Assembly: GCA_051362555.1 (NCBI GenBank)
Contig: CM120644.1
Span: forward strand, 20,730,534 to 20,794,533
Reading direction: 5' to 3'
DNA length: 64,000 nt
Origin: Lingula anatina
Lineage: Eukaryota > Animalia > Brachiopoda
The translations under genes were made by a program, and so were the position numbers. Positions 50,506-63,746 of this stretch are shown here, one piece after another. The first letter of the stretch is position 1. Every line of letters starts with the position of its first letter. The notes below the pieces were generated by a model. The model was given only the letters and a program-made list of their open reading frames with translations, did no database searches and had not been told where the DNA came from.

Positions 50506-52686
50506 GTAATTATAATAATAAAATGATATTGATTCTTTCTCATATGAGATTTTAGCGAGATTACCTTGAAAATTACAGTGCATTCTACTCAATGGGTTTA
50601 GTTTTAAATATGAATAAAGCAGAAGTGATGAAGTGCATGGTAGCCTGTCTTCGTTTGTTGTGAACTAACTTTTTAGGGCAAAAAGAGAAAGGGCGGATAA
50701 AGTTGGTATAGGGACATATTTTTGAATAGCGACTGTGCGTGTGGCTCTTACAGGGACGTTGTCTTTGCCACAGAATTTCTGACACAACCAGGCGTCTTTG
50801 ATCCTCTTACAGGTACTTACTGGAATATTGTTTGTTGTTCAGAGAGGACGAAGTCCAAGTGACATTGACTCAGGACGCTATGACGGGAGGGAAAGAGCTC
50901 GAAAGGTGGTCACTATCCTCGTGGAAGAAGCATGGCAATGAACGCGTCCTGCCCTAAGATAGACAGTTTGTACGGCAATAAGCACGGCTTGTTGGAGGAT
51001 TTTCTCGTTACTGTGACAAGGATAGTCATGCAAATTTTCTATGAAGGTGGAGAATTAAGCAGTTGTGGCATTATTTGGGGTTATTTGCATAGTTTGAATT
51101 GTAATCACCAGTACGCGCGACAAGCCTTGAAGGAGATGATCGAGAACCATTTATCGTATATAAAGGCTTTTACCCTGTCAGTGTTGCAGGGTATCAGTAC
51201 ACACACTCAACCACACCAAAAACTCACCCTCAGACCTTTATCATCATATTTGAACCCCCCCCCCACACACACACACACACATTCACACACTCACACACCG
51301 TACACTCTCTTCATAACACTGGTTATTTTGTCGAGGGCTGTTTTCATCACATTTTCTTTTCATATACCGTGTAGTATATGTTAGATTCACGACATTAACT
51401 CTTAAACTAAAATAGCTTTCCAACACTATCCATGGATCATTGCTGGAAGAACAACTTTACTCCCCCAGCCCCGTCTCAAGTTGTCTTCACTAACACAATT
51501 TGGATGATTTTTGTGGAGGCCGTCACAATCATGGTTGAGACAGCGTCATAAACGAGACAGCAGTCTGTGGCACGTTTTTCTTATGAACAAAGATTGTTCA
51601 TTTAAAATATTTTTCACAGTGGCAGATAGATTAGCCAAAAACGAGGACGAGAAAGATTTAAAGTTCAATAAGAGTAAAGTACGAGTAAAGCAAAGACATT
51701 AATAAAAATGGAAATAATCACTTCATTTATAAACCGGAGCTGCCGGGCAGACGAATAAATTACCTACAAAGATACACGCTCTTCCATTAATTTTTCAACA
51801 TATTAGCTGAGAGACAGATGGGAATACCCTGTTAATTGCGTTTTTTTTTACTCGCACATATTTTAAAGACATTTGACCTCGAGATATGGTTTGAATATAA
51901 CGTATGAAATGGTGCCATCAGCAAAAATACTCATTCCAAGTCAAGAGATCAACCTACGTGTAAAAGGCAGAGATAGGATTCCAACGTAGAAGTTTCCAAT
52001 GCACCTTTGCCTTACTAATGGTTTCAATGTAAGACGACTGTGACGTGCAAATAAAGTGACACTGGGGGCAGCAGTAGTGAAGACCGATGTGTTCATTTTT
52101 GATGTCATTTTAGTAAGACAACTATTAATAAATTGCTTGTTAAAGGAGTGCATATTTACTATGACTGCGCGCATGGCTGCACGGTTCTTACATGTACGTG
52201 TGTGTTTGGTATATTATCAGTAATATAACACTAGTCCTTTACAGGTTGTTATCTAAGCCTTCAAAATGGTGACGGTCAATTTGCGAAAGTTGCGGGATTT
52301 GAAAATATTTTAATTGCATTTGAAAATCTGTATGTAGAAGTACTAAACTCAACACATAAATATTACAATATCTTACAAGACTTTCACCTATGTATATTAC
52401 GCAACTGTGTACAATATAGATCCGTTACAGAATATATTACTTTTGAGTTACTATCTGTATCAGAATTCAAGACATTGCATATCGTACATCCGTTTTAAAT
52501 TAGCGAAATTAATTTGGATGATTCGGATAGCGTTTACATTTTCTTATGTGAAAAGTTGATATTTCACAGCCCGCCAGTCAGGTTTGTTAGCACATAAAGT
52601 GGCCTCAGCTTTTTAAAATAATTGAGCTTCATAATATAATGGTATTCACAGGCTTTGGGTGATGAAGCCTCTTTCAGTGTGCAGAT

Positions 52687-52830
52687 CTTCGACACTACGA
52701 TCTTAGAAGAGGTTTCGACACTGTGTCCATGGGAACACACCTTCGACACTTCGACCTTGAAAGGGACTTCGACACTTCGACCTTAGATGGGGCTTCGACA
52801 CTACGATCCTGGGAAGGGGCTTCGAACCTT
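52687..52830. repeat. ~26-bp minisatellite, ~6 copies
   Basis: CTTCGACACT(A/T)CGA.CTT core recurring. Confidence 0.8.
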
Positions 52831-53271
52831 GGAGAGAGACCAGCGAAGAGGGCCTTTTTAAAACGTTTTTGTGCGTTTTCTATGTTTTGATTACGCACAA
52901 TCAGGTCAGTTATCTGCTACCGTTAACCATACAAACGGTACTACCTGTTCATGGTCGAGCCATCGGCGACTAAACCGGCAAAACCTTGTCGGGCTTGCCT
53001 GGAAAGGGTAAGGGCGCCAGGACGGCCTGAGGGAACTAAATAATCCCTCAAAGATCAGTAGACCCTGCAGATCGACCTAACTCCCTGGGGGTTCACACTA
53101 AATAGCTGTCAGCCGAGCGGGCACAAAAGTTAATTACCCCCTTACAGCTTGTAGTAGGCAGGACGGACATTTAAGCCGGATTATCTGACAGTAATCTAGT
53201 GAGACTCCCCACGGGGATAGATCGATCTAAAATATATGGGAATTAGACAGAGTGAAAGGTTACTTGTGTAA

Positions 53272-55133
53272 AATGCTGTTTTTGCACTTTTTTCAGCATA
53301 TATGCAACACCGGTAACATGATAAGTGGAAAACCGTTTTACCTTTTGGCTTGAAACTTACAGAACTGATGAATATTCATAATATGCAGGTCAAGGTCGAA
53401 AATCAGCATAATCGGGCCATTTTTTATCTAAGTTATGCTGTTTTTCACTTTTTTCAGTATATATGCAATACCAATAACACGGTAAGTGGAAAACCGCTTC
53501 ACATTTTGGCTTAAAACTTTTAGAACTGATGAATATTCATAATATGCAGGTCAAGGTCGAAAATCAGCATGATCGGGCCAATTTTTTTCTAAGATACGCT
53601 GTTTTTTTTTTTTTCACTTTTTTTCAGCATATATGCAACACCAATAACACGATAAGTGGAAAACCGTTTTTCCTTTTGGATTGAAACTTACAGAACTGAT
53701 CAATCTTACTAAAATACAGATCGAGTTTGAAAATCATCAATCATTCACTAAGTTCAGAATCTCAGAATGGAGCAAGTTGGAGATTTAAAATTGTTCTATT
53801 GATATTTTTCCTTTGACAACACTGTTCTGAGTTGATCATATAAAAATGACAGTAAAATGATTATTTTGTTTTATGTAAAAAAGATGTTGAAAATGGCAAT
53901 AAACTCTTTTCAGTAGAGTTATCTCTTGATAAAAGCATAAATGCAACACTGATAACATATTTCAAGAAAAACCAAAAGGTCTATAAAACCATATTGCAAC
54001 TCACAGGAGTGATCAGTCTGACTAATATACAGATCAAGTTTGAAAATAAGCTTGATCAGTTAAGTTTTGATAAAGATATACTTTTTTGTAAATAAGTGTT
54101 TTTTTTTTTAGATTTAATTCTTAGACATGTTTACAGTCTCAAAATAGAACTAATTAGATCTGTAAAAGTGTTGTTTTGACATTTACTACTTCTTAACAAT
54201 ATTGTTAGTTGATTTTATAAAAATGATGGTAAACTTGTTATTTTGTATTGCGTAATAAAGTGTCAAAAATGGAAATGAGCTTGTGTCTTTGCATTTCGTC
54301 AGATTCAATCATTCGCTAGGTTCAGAATGGAGGAAGTTGGACGTTTAAAATTGTTTTATCAATATTTTTCCTTTGACAACTTTTCTCAGTTGATCATATA
54401 AAAATGACAGTAAATTGATTATTTTGTTTTATGTAAAAAAGGTGTTGAAAATGGAAATTCTTTTGAGTACAGTTATCTCTAATGGCATTCTGGCATTTTC
54501 AAAGTGTGGGCTTGAACTCTCATGGGCCTGAATCCTTATGCTTGTAACAGTTCACTTTTACTGGTACTACCTGTTGTGCAATATATGAAATCTGATGTTG
54601 ACTTCGCAGTTAAGCATAATGTATTATTGCATCAGCATTGACAGTATCCTTTTTTGTGCATTATTTTCTGATTTTTTCTTAAATTTTTGTCAAAGTTACA
54701 TTTTTTTCATTCTAGCAGTTTGTGGTATATGGGTAAGATAGCTGGTCCCTTGGGTAATCATAAGCCAAGTTCAGAGCTATTAAGTCACTTGTCTAATTAA
54801 GTCTGAAGTGGCCTTTAAATGAGATTGCATAAAACGCACATGTTGAGGTTTAATTATCTTCAAACTCAAGTGGGATTATTCATATTATGATAACACAGCT
54901 AGATCGAATGGTAACTTTATTGGAATATTTTTGTAATTTTTCCTTTAATTTTTAATTTTTCAAACTGGCATTTTCAAGATGTGACTTCACTCCCATCCAT
55001 CAGGAGCTCTGTACTGTTTCTCTGTAACATTTTCTGTATTTTTTAAACTTACAAGAATGATTCTTAGGATTGACATACAGCTCAAATTAGAAAAACAACC
55101 CTGTTGAATTATGATTTTTTATTGAATTTATGC

Positions 55134-55178
<45 letters not shown>

Positions 55179-55650
55179 TGAACTTTTTACTTTTTCTCAT
55201 TCTGGCATTTTCAATGTATGAACTTGAACTCTTATCAGCCTGAAGCCTTAGGGACCATTTCCAGACCCTATCGCGCTAACTGTGGATTGATCTATCTGCA
55301 AGGAGATTCTGCTTAAATTGCAATCAACATAAGTGGCTTAGATGTCTGTCACGCCTTCTGAAGCTGGCGTGCCAGAATCCTAAGCCACTTAAGCTGAAAG
55401 CAATTAAGTAAAAAAAACCCTTGGAGGTGGATTGATCGTGTTAGATTGATCAAGGTATGGGAACTCAGTCTAATGCTTGTTACACATTTTACTTTCATTC
55501 TAATTAACTGCTGCACAGAATTAAAAATTCGTTGTTTGCTATGCAGCTAAGAGTAATACATTATTGCATCAGAATTGACAGTATCCCTTTTTTGTGCATT
55601 TTTATTTTCTGCTTTTTGTCTGTACATTTGACAGCTTTGCTGCCTTATTG
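53272..55650 (+). repeat. Third copy (3' part) of the HINE-like element
   Basis: ~161-bp units at 53272-53720, a paralogous body, and the same 3' end TTTTGTCTGTACATTTGACAGCTTTGCTGCCTT at ~55614-55646. Confidence 0.78.
55136..55177. repeat. Poly-T tract
   Basis: Direct observation. Confidence 0.97.
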
Positions 55651-55976
55651 TAAGCTTAATACCTGATCTTATATATAGGTACTGATACCCTAAAACCGCT
55701 GAGGACATACAACGTACACAGTTGTAAATCAGTTATTGTGTTTTTAATTTCCTTTTTTCGTCAGAAGTAATTAGAATATTATATTGAATAATTGTACCAT
55801 GGTTGCTCTCCAAAACACCATTTTTTTGTCTGGGCCGTTAAGCAGGCCCCAAACCCCACACCAATGGGACGATGGTCAGCTTCGCATCCGAGGCCTGTCG
55901 TTCCGGACCCCTCCCCCTTCTAATATTCCGCCCCAGTTTAACGAGCACACCTTTATGCTAAATGTGTGTAAATTTA

Positions 55977-56118
55977 TAGTCCGAAGGTTCAATAGTCCGA
56001 AGGTTCATTGGTCCGAATGTTCACTATAGAACCTTCGGACCAATGAACCCTTGATTAAAAAATCGATGAAACCACTTTTCGGACCAATGAACCTTCGGAC
56101 CAATTAACCTTCGGACTG
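55977..56118. mobile_element. Small foldback element built from 16-bp repeats
   Basis: GTCCGAAGGTTCA units followed by inverted GAACCTTCGGAC units. Confidence 0.7.
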
Positions 56119-57194
56119 TCGAGACGCCCCCACCAAATTTGGTGACATTTGGTCAGTTGCGGATTTAGAGGAGGGATCTGCCCCTGTTTGGTGGTGTCTT
56201 TTCAGTATAATGGACATTTCTTTACCTCTGTGAAAATCATAGTGGAACATCGGATTTGAGGGTGTGTATGTAATAAATGTGAATAAATTGTATTAAATAT
56301 AGATATCTTCACCGCTAGTTTGTATTTTTTTGTACTACTAATTACGTTAGTTATGGTATCTGGAATTGAAAATCACTATTTATAACAATTTCTACCTGTG
56401 ATGTGATCATTTATAAATAAAAGAACACATGATACTGGAGGTGGGACAACCTTTTTGACCAACGATACATACATGTACATGTACGACATGTAGGCTATAT
56501 AGGGCCTACGTGTCACGGCTAAAATTGTTATCGCTTTACTTATTTGTTGAAAAATTAAATATACACTCCATAGATATGAAACTCCCCAAAATGTTTATTT
56601 TGCCATCCACAGCTTCTCATAAAACCTTACGTACACCTTAAGTAATGATGTCGATGAAGATATCCTGGTGCCGAAAGCCAATCAGTAAGTGTCTTATCTT
56701 GAATCCCATCTGCCCTCTTGCGGTAAAAATTCTTGGAAACGAATCAACAAACAAGATGGAGGAAGTTGCGTAATGTCGCACGGGACATTTTAGGAAAAGT
56801 TTTTACATATTCTGCTGAACATAGATCTACGCTTTCAGTTTCTTCTATTTGTTCAAACCTTTACCTGGCAGTAAATTTGAGCGATGAGTGTCCTACCTTC
56901 CGTGGTAAGTCAACTGTCAAATATTTAACAGGTGCTCCGGAAATGTCACCGAGAAACAAAATGGCATGCGCCTTAATATAATTTTAAACAGCAAAAAAAC
57001 TCCTTTTCTGGGTTTTGCACCCCAGTTTTTAATATATATTTTAACTTATAATGCATTGTATTTAACTCAAAATAATGTTTCAGAAATTCTTTGCCGATCG
57101 GAGTCTGTAGTAGAGCGCGGGGTCTGACTAATTATAACGACCACAAAAGACCACGAACCTCCACAATTAAGCAAAGAAATGATTGGGAAACCAG

Positions 57195-57197
<3 letters not shown>

Positions 57198-57263
<66 letters not shown>
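57198..57263. repeat. (AT)n microsatellite
   Basis: Direct observation. Confidence 0.98.
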
Positions 57264-57265
<2 letters not shown>

Positions 57266-58916
57266 GGCATAAGATATGGGGTATTTTTTCCAAATTATTT
57301 TCCATCAATTTTTTCCTTTTTTGCTGCCTGAAAAATGAAAATAAGGATTAAAATCGTGTTTTAATATCATTTAATTATCTCTTTGATGTCATTGCAACAT
57401 CAGGTCATAAATTGAATTAGCCATGAAGCAAACAAAAATACGTTGCCTATTCTATGCTATACAACAACCATTCAAAGAGATATTTTGGATCTCAATATTT
57501 TCCAAATTATTGTCTGTAAAAGAGTTATATACACGCTCCACATAGGACCCTCATGTCAATGTCTAGTCACAGCAATGATCGCTGTTAAGCTTGACCTCTT
57601 ATGGCTGCTACCAGTACTCTCAAGCAGAAAGGCATTTCTTGAGATGGGTTTTTAGAGTTCAATCTTGAATAACATCCTAGGCATCGGTCAAAACTTGTCC
57701 AATTTGGTCCAGTTTTGTTGTAGGACATGTAGGTTGTTGATTCGGCAAGTAATGGCCTACACACATATTGTCTATGTGGTTCAAATGTGGCAATTTTGAT
57801 GACCTTAGCTGCTTATTCCCTTGCTTCTGTAAGTTATCTGCTATTAAAAGTGCTTTGTGTGAATAGCCAATCTCACCATGAAACCTAGAATTGTTCCTAA
57901 GGTGCCCCCTATCAAACGATAGTCAAGTGGTTCCCAGATTATTCCTTTACTGTATTTGTTCTGGTTCAGGTTTTTGTCGATGACTACCATTGGTGTTTTG
58001 GCACCACTGTGGTATCCACTCCAAATACTGGTGCTGTCAATGACCCTAGTCACTTTAGACCCGGAACATGCTTCATCGTAGGTCTCTTCTGGATATCTGT
58101 AAATTCTGTTTTGACTAGTTGAGTGGTACAGGTGAAATCTGACCTCAATAAAAAAAGCAACACGGTTTCAGTGTTCTACCCAGAAATGATCGTGGTCCCC
58201 AATTACAGAAAAAAACAACGATGTTTTGCTGTTTACAATGGGTTCCTTGGAGTTCATCTGGTATTCTAACCTGCTAAAACCATTTTGGTGTTCGCTAAGG
58301 GCAAAAATTGAAATATACGTTTTGGTGGCAATTTACCCCTCCTTCTGAACGGACTGGATGGTTTTTGTTTAGTTGCAGCTCCATATCCAGAAATACAGTG
58401 GGTCCTGTACCCTGGTGGTGAGATTTCGATACATTGAGTGTGGCCTCTGTGTAGGTACATCAATATGGGCATTACTCTATAAAACTGTGCAGACTGTTCC
58501 ATTTGGCGCAATAATCTGTCTGGCAATGTCTTTTTTCACACCATTCTGCCACAGATTTACAATTTTTAAAAAACACTGCTTAGATCATTTAACGCACTGC
58601 AAAACCAATGCTTGCTTGCAAAATTTCAAATTCTTTGATGCAGTAGTTGCCGACATGTGGATACCTTTTTGACAGAACTATGCTTTGCCAAAGCCAAGCT
58701 TTGACCAGCCCAAAAGAACACTACCCAATTAAGTCACTTGCATATTACATAATACAGCAGCGCAACAGACATGGTAGTCAGTTAATTGGTAGCGACACAC
58801 CTACACACTTCTCCATTCACATATCTTGTATGAGATCAGAGTTTTTGGGGAAAAAATGCATTTTTACCTAGGCAAACCTTCAAAACTGAAATATCCCATA
58901 TTAAATTTCAAGTCTG
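57264..58916 (-). mobile_element. Degenerate Tc1/mariner family 2, inverted copy
   Basis: Reverse-complement homolog of 48076-49700; right TIR CCATATTAAATTTCAAGTCTG|TA; the left TIR is eroded next to the (TA)n tract. Confidence 0.85.
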
Positions 58917-59646
58917 TAGCACACTAATATGTAAGCCTACTAAACGATAACAGAAAGAATGTGGTTGTGTCCACAAGCATTGATGACGAGCCACCACAAG
59001 CACAAATAGTTGAAAGTAGCCAGCAGATTTTGAGCCCTCGTGGTTTTCAAAATAGGTCTGTAATTGTACGAATGTTATTGCTATAACTATAACCTTTATC
59101 TGTTATATAACGATCCCATTATTGGCGAACATGTTAAATATTGTTTTTTGTTCTTCGCTCTGCCACCAGGGGAGCATACATGCTTCCACATTATAGGAGC
59201 GTGCACATCAAAGACATGCTAGATCGGGTCCACATTTAAGATATTTTTGTCGACTTTATTCTGTTTGTTTCTCAAGTCATTCAGTCACTGTGCAATTCTG
59301 TGTCTGTTTGGTATTAAGTAACACCTCTGGTGCTCTACTTCTTCTTAAGTCATCACATACACAGTTTTAAGAAAAAAAAAAACACGGAAAATTGAAGACT
59401 GTACATGTACAAGTTTGAGGACATTCTGTAGGACTTAGCTTATTTGGCAAATGGATTAATGTATCTTTAAACAGTACAGTGATTAAATTTAATTAGATTA
59501 CCATATAATATATATTGATAAGGCCTTTCCCTGTACGTGTAGCATTAAAGACCAAAAATTAACTGAGGAAAAAAGTGTAGAAGTATGAAAGATGTCTTCA
59601 GCAGAGAGTTTCTGATATGATCTCATGTTAGCAGCTGTAAACTTGC

Positions 59647-59649
<3 letters not shown>

Positions 59650-59698
<49 letters not shown>
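59650..59698. repeat. (TAA)n microsatellite
   Basis: Direct observation. Confidence 0.97.
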
Positions 59699-59699
<1 letters not shown>

Positions 59700-59738
59700 T
59701 AGGTGTGATTTGTTGCCATTGATTGTATATTTTTCTAG

Positions 59739-59771
59739 GAGTATGACCCGACCCAGGGACATGTCAATGAG
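59739..59771 (+). CDS. 33-nt micro-exon of a putative host gene (EYDPTQGHVNE)
   Basis: TTTTCTAG|...GAG|GTAAGT consensus splice sites; length divisible by 3. Confidence 0.6.
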
Positions 59772-60296
59772 GTAAGTTAGACTGCAGTGAGGAGTTTGTC
59801 TTACACTGTCCTACTAGAATGAAAGCTGTCTCATAACAGATATTTTCTGCTTTCTTTCTGTGCTATGCATAACATTCAGTTGTTGTTCGCCAACTCTCAT
59901 TTGAATAGTTATGCTATTTCCCATGCAACAGTAATGCCTCATACATAACTACTCCATTTGGCAGACTTCAGTGGAGTAGAGAGAATGAAAAATAGCTTAA
60001 ATTTACTTCCAGAAATTTGAATAAGGCACAATTTTGTAGTTTTTTGGCTGACTGAGTATTTAATATGGTTTTATGGTATTAATACTTATGTTATTAATAC
60101 TTAAATTTTATGGTTTTAATACTGAAAAATATGTTAAGTTTTATTGAGCAAAATGGCAGAAAATAAAATTTGTTTGTGTGAAAACTCCTATGTAAAGCAA
60201 TGTTTTGCAACATGTTTGTTGTGGATAAAGAAAGCATCATATCAAAAGTAATTGTGTTGACATGTTTTCATGTTACATAAACTTCTCTATTTGCAG

Positions 60297-60323
60297 GCAT
60301 TTGAGAATATGGAAAGCAGAAAA
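60297..60323 (+). CDS. 27-nt micro-exon (AFENMESRK)
   Basis: CTTCTCTATTTGCAG|...AAA|GTGAGT; phase-compatible with neighbouring exons. Confidence 0.6.
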
Positions 60324-60584
60324 GTGAGTAACAACAAACACATGCTGTAATCTGATAGGGTGGACTTTCTCAGTTCACTGTTATCTAACCTTTTGAGTCC
60401 AGTATGAATTAGAAAAAAAGTAATATAATTTTATCTGTTAATTAGATATAGTTTTTTTTAACAGAATGTTACTGGATGAGCACCTCTGTGATAAGTACTA
60501 ACAGTCCAAGCCCCTCTAGGTGTGGCAATGGTGTTATCATAGTAATAAATGTCTTCAAAGTTCTCTTGATCCCCTGTGTTCCAG

Positions 60585-60672
60585 GATACACCTCCTCCAG
60601 CCTATACTGATGTGGTGGTGTGTGCAACCCCAGCAGTGTACAATCCTCCTGCCCCTTCACAGCCAGCACCAG
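60585..60672 (+). CDS. Pro-rich exon with PPxY motif (DTPPPAYTDVVVCATPAVYNPPAPSQPAP)
   Basis: CCCCTGTGTTCCAG|...CAG|GTAATG; GC-richer than flanks; open frame. Confidence 0.62.
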
Positions 60673-61527
60673 GTAATGGAAACAAGCTTACAGCATTTTC
60701 CCAAATAATTTTTTTTTCCACTTACCTTAATTCACTTATTATGATCTCAGCTTTTGAATTAGCTCATGTTTCTGTTTTCAACATTTTGTTTTTTCAACAT
60801 ATAATAGTGAATGTTAATTACTTGCAGTTAATTGTATTATTATAATATATCTTTAGATACTAAATTAATGATGATGATCATGATTATTAGTATGATAATA
60901 ATTATATTACAAAACAAGGTTATGATTTGGGGTTATGACTTGATCTTTTGAATGTGGAAAATTAGCAATCTTTTAGTTTCCTAATTTTGGAACCATTTAA
61001 ATTATACTCTGTGTATCATTTTGGTGCTTTTATTGTGTCTAATAGAACAATAGGGTAGGCTGCTTTTGTTTCTACTGCTCTATAGGAATATTTTAATTTA
61101 AGAAGTTATTACTTTAAAAAATGCAATATCTAGAAAAAATGTAGAATTTGCATAATTGAGAACATCTAGTCATTACTGTATTCTTTGTAAAAAAAATGCC
61201 AAATCTCAGTGCTTGTGAGGAACCCCCTTAAGACCACCCCGGGGCCCCACATTACATAAAGTGACCCTTTATATAAGATAACCCAAGGGTTTGGGGCACA
61301 ATGGGCTCACATTTTTGGATAACGCTATCTGTAATATTGCTACGGAGATTCCCAGGTTCCTTGTCTTAAATTCTGCACACAGAAAGGAATGAAACGACTC
61401 CATGTTGTAACTTCAACAGAATATATTTTGCTACACTAAAAGTTACATGATGCAAGTATGACCTCTCTCCTCCTCTCTCTAGCTTTCCCTCTAGATTTAA
61501 GTTTACAGATTTTTATACAAAACTTAA

Positions 61528-63657
61528 GGCCGGTGATAGGGTTAAATACGCTTAAAATCGTGTTTTTGAGTTTTTTGTGTGTTTATATTAATCAAAAAAG
61601 TATCTAACGTTGGATGTAATAATTTTTATGAATTTGCATCGCAAAATGCGTCTTTTGATGAGTTTTTCAACCGGCACGCGCCCCAGTCAGGCTGACAACT
61701 AAGCCACGCCTCTGTTACTAAGGGCCATTGCCATGAGGGGGTCGGAGCACAGTTAATGAGTTATAAGCCGATTACGTGTGCGGTAATAGGTCATAAGTCT
61801 TACATCAGCTTAGCAGCGAAGAAGTCTAGCTAGTACACTATGGGGAAGAGAAAAGTTCGTGTTAAAAGTCCCTTTCCAGAGGAAAGAAGGAAAATTTTGA
61901 GAGTAAGGCCTATGCGTGGCGGTTGGGGAAAACCGGCCCAATTTGTTCAGTCAGATGACTGATTTCTGTATACCTAATAAATGGGTGAAAGAGTTAATCG
62001 AAACGTCTAAATTAATTGACAAATGAAAGAAAAATCGATAAAAACATAAATAAAAAAAAGCTAAAAAAGGATACTTTAAGCCTAGCCTTTAATTTTTGCG
62101 ATATATATCGTCGAGCGTATCTGCGACACGTTACGAAACCGGAAATGATTGTTGGTCGCCGTTTGCAAAAGGTAAATCTAATGTTGACAAAATAAAATTT
62201 TATTCTCCAAGATATGATATCATGGAGCTTGAGAGACACGCGAAAAATTGTGATTTGAATGGCCAAACAAGAGAAATGCAAGCAAAGGTTGACAGCATGA
62301 TTAAAACAATAAAAATAAAAATGCATGTTAGCGGCTTTGCATTTTGCGTTATTTGGAGAAAAACAATTTCAAAATCACTGATCAAGCGGGAAGAAAGAGT
62401 TCAAGTGTCCAAAAATGAAAATCACAAAAAGTCCCCGAGAATAGTCAAGGCTAGCAGGTAAAAAGCAAATATGGTCTAAGTGTCATGTGTGTAAAAATAA
62501 AATATTTATTCAAAAGCCTTCTCTCAGCCACTTTTACCGCTGAATCTTGTGCAGCTGAGCGTCTCCCCTTTATCTTAGCTGGCATTTTGAGCGAGACCGC
62601 TCTGAAGTAATCACTGGATTTTTCCGTTGATCTGACGACTACCAAGTGCCGTGCAAAATAATCCTGCAGCGTTACCCGTCAAAAAACTCGTATCAACACA
62701 AGTGACGGACACTTGCTCTCGACACAGTTTTATCTGATCACTTTGCCGATAACAAAGAAGGAATCTCTCAGGTAAAATTACTTGATTGCCGAGGAAGAGC
62801 CATTGAAACGTTCAAATGCAACTTCACACCTCTTAATTGCAGTTAAACGTAATCGCCTTTGTTAGCGCTTCCTTCTACATATCCTTGACACCCTACTGGG
62901 CATCACAAGGCTAGGGCCCTCTCCAGAGCTGTCAATCAAAATGGCGGCACGCTTACATGCCTAACGAGTGGTCGGAAAATGTAACAAAAGCACGATTTTC
63001 TGCCCCTTCAAAGCACCCAAACAAAATATTTTTAGATGATAATAAGCAATGGTTCCAGCTGATCGTATAACCGATAACAGGTAAATTTGCCAGCTAAGCA
63101 TTTGACTAATAAGCCCTGTTAACCAACCTGTGAAGGTTTTTGGCTGTTTTAACAGCTTTCTATATTGACGAGATAAGTGAATCGCTGCCAAGTATATCTC
63201 ACTATCTGAGCAACCGATCGTTACAAAAGTTGCACCTATTGTTGTTAGGAATGTGGACTACAGCATGATATCAGGGGTTTAAGAGAAAATTGTTTGTTTG
63301 AAAGATATCGCCTTTTGAAGTGAATAAGCCATTGAAATATGGGGTAATTTAACGTAAAAGATGATAAAATCAAAAGTAAATAGTTTAAGACAATTCCCTG
63401 GTACCCTGCTGTAGTGCTTTCACCCAGCTTTATGAGGCCTTTTGAATCACTTGAATAGCTGTCTTGGTTATAGAGAAATTCCCAATACCGAAAACGGCAT
63501 TTTCCCCTCAAATTGGCGCCAGAGCGTCATCCGTTGGACACTGTACTTAATCCCCGTCTTTAATTGGCCTTTTGGGAAGTTTGTTTTAATTTTTTATAAA
63601 AACTTATAAGCCCAGGGCTTTGTTTCTATGACTTTGGTCCTTTTACTATCACCGGCC
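61528..63657. mobile_element. Kolobok-like non-autonomous DNA transposon (2130 bp), probably intronic
   Basis: TTAA TSD (61524-61527 and 63658-63661); 12-bp TIR GGCCGGTGATAG/CTATCACCGGCC. RR..YY termini fit Kolobok rather than piggyBac. Confidence 0.8.
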
Positions 63658-63732
63658 TTAATCAGTTAAACTGTCCATCACATAACTTAAAAACTGATTG
63701 GTTACTTCATACACAAGGCCACCTTCTTCCAG

Positions 63733-63746
63733 GTGGGCACTCCTAA
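63733..63746 (+). CDS. Possible terminal coding exon (G-GHS*) followed by 3' UTR
   Basis: ACCTTCTTCCAG|GTGGGCACTCCTAA; phase-1 compatible with exon 60585-60672. Confidence 0.4.

Noticed and set aside
50932-51384. 150-aa plus-strand ORF
   Set aside because: It runs into the (CA)n-containing duplicated unit and has no recognisable motifs or splice support.
52687-52830. Short repeats with variable spacers resembling a CRISPR array
   Set aside because: The period is only ~26 bp, the spacers are related to each other, there are no cas genes, and the context is eukaryotic; it is a minisatellite.
60465-60500. Strong acceptor TTTTTTAACAG at ~60464 as an extra exon
   Set aside because: It gives an early TGA in the favoured frame and has no clear donor; it could at most be an alternative terminal exon.
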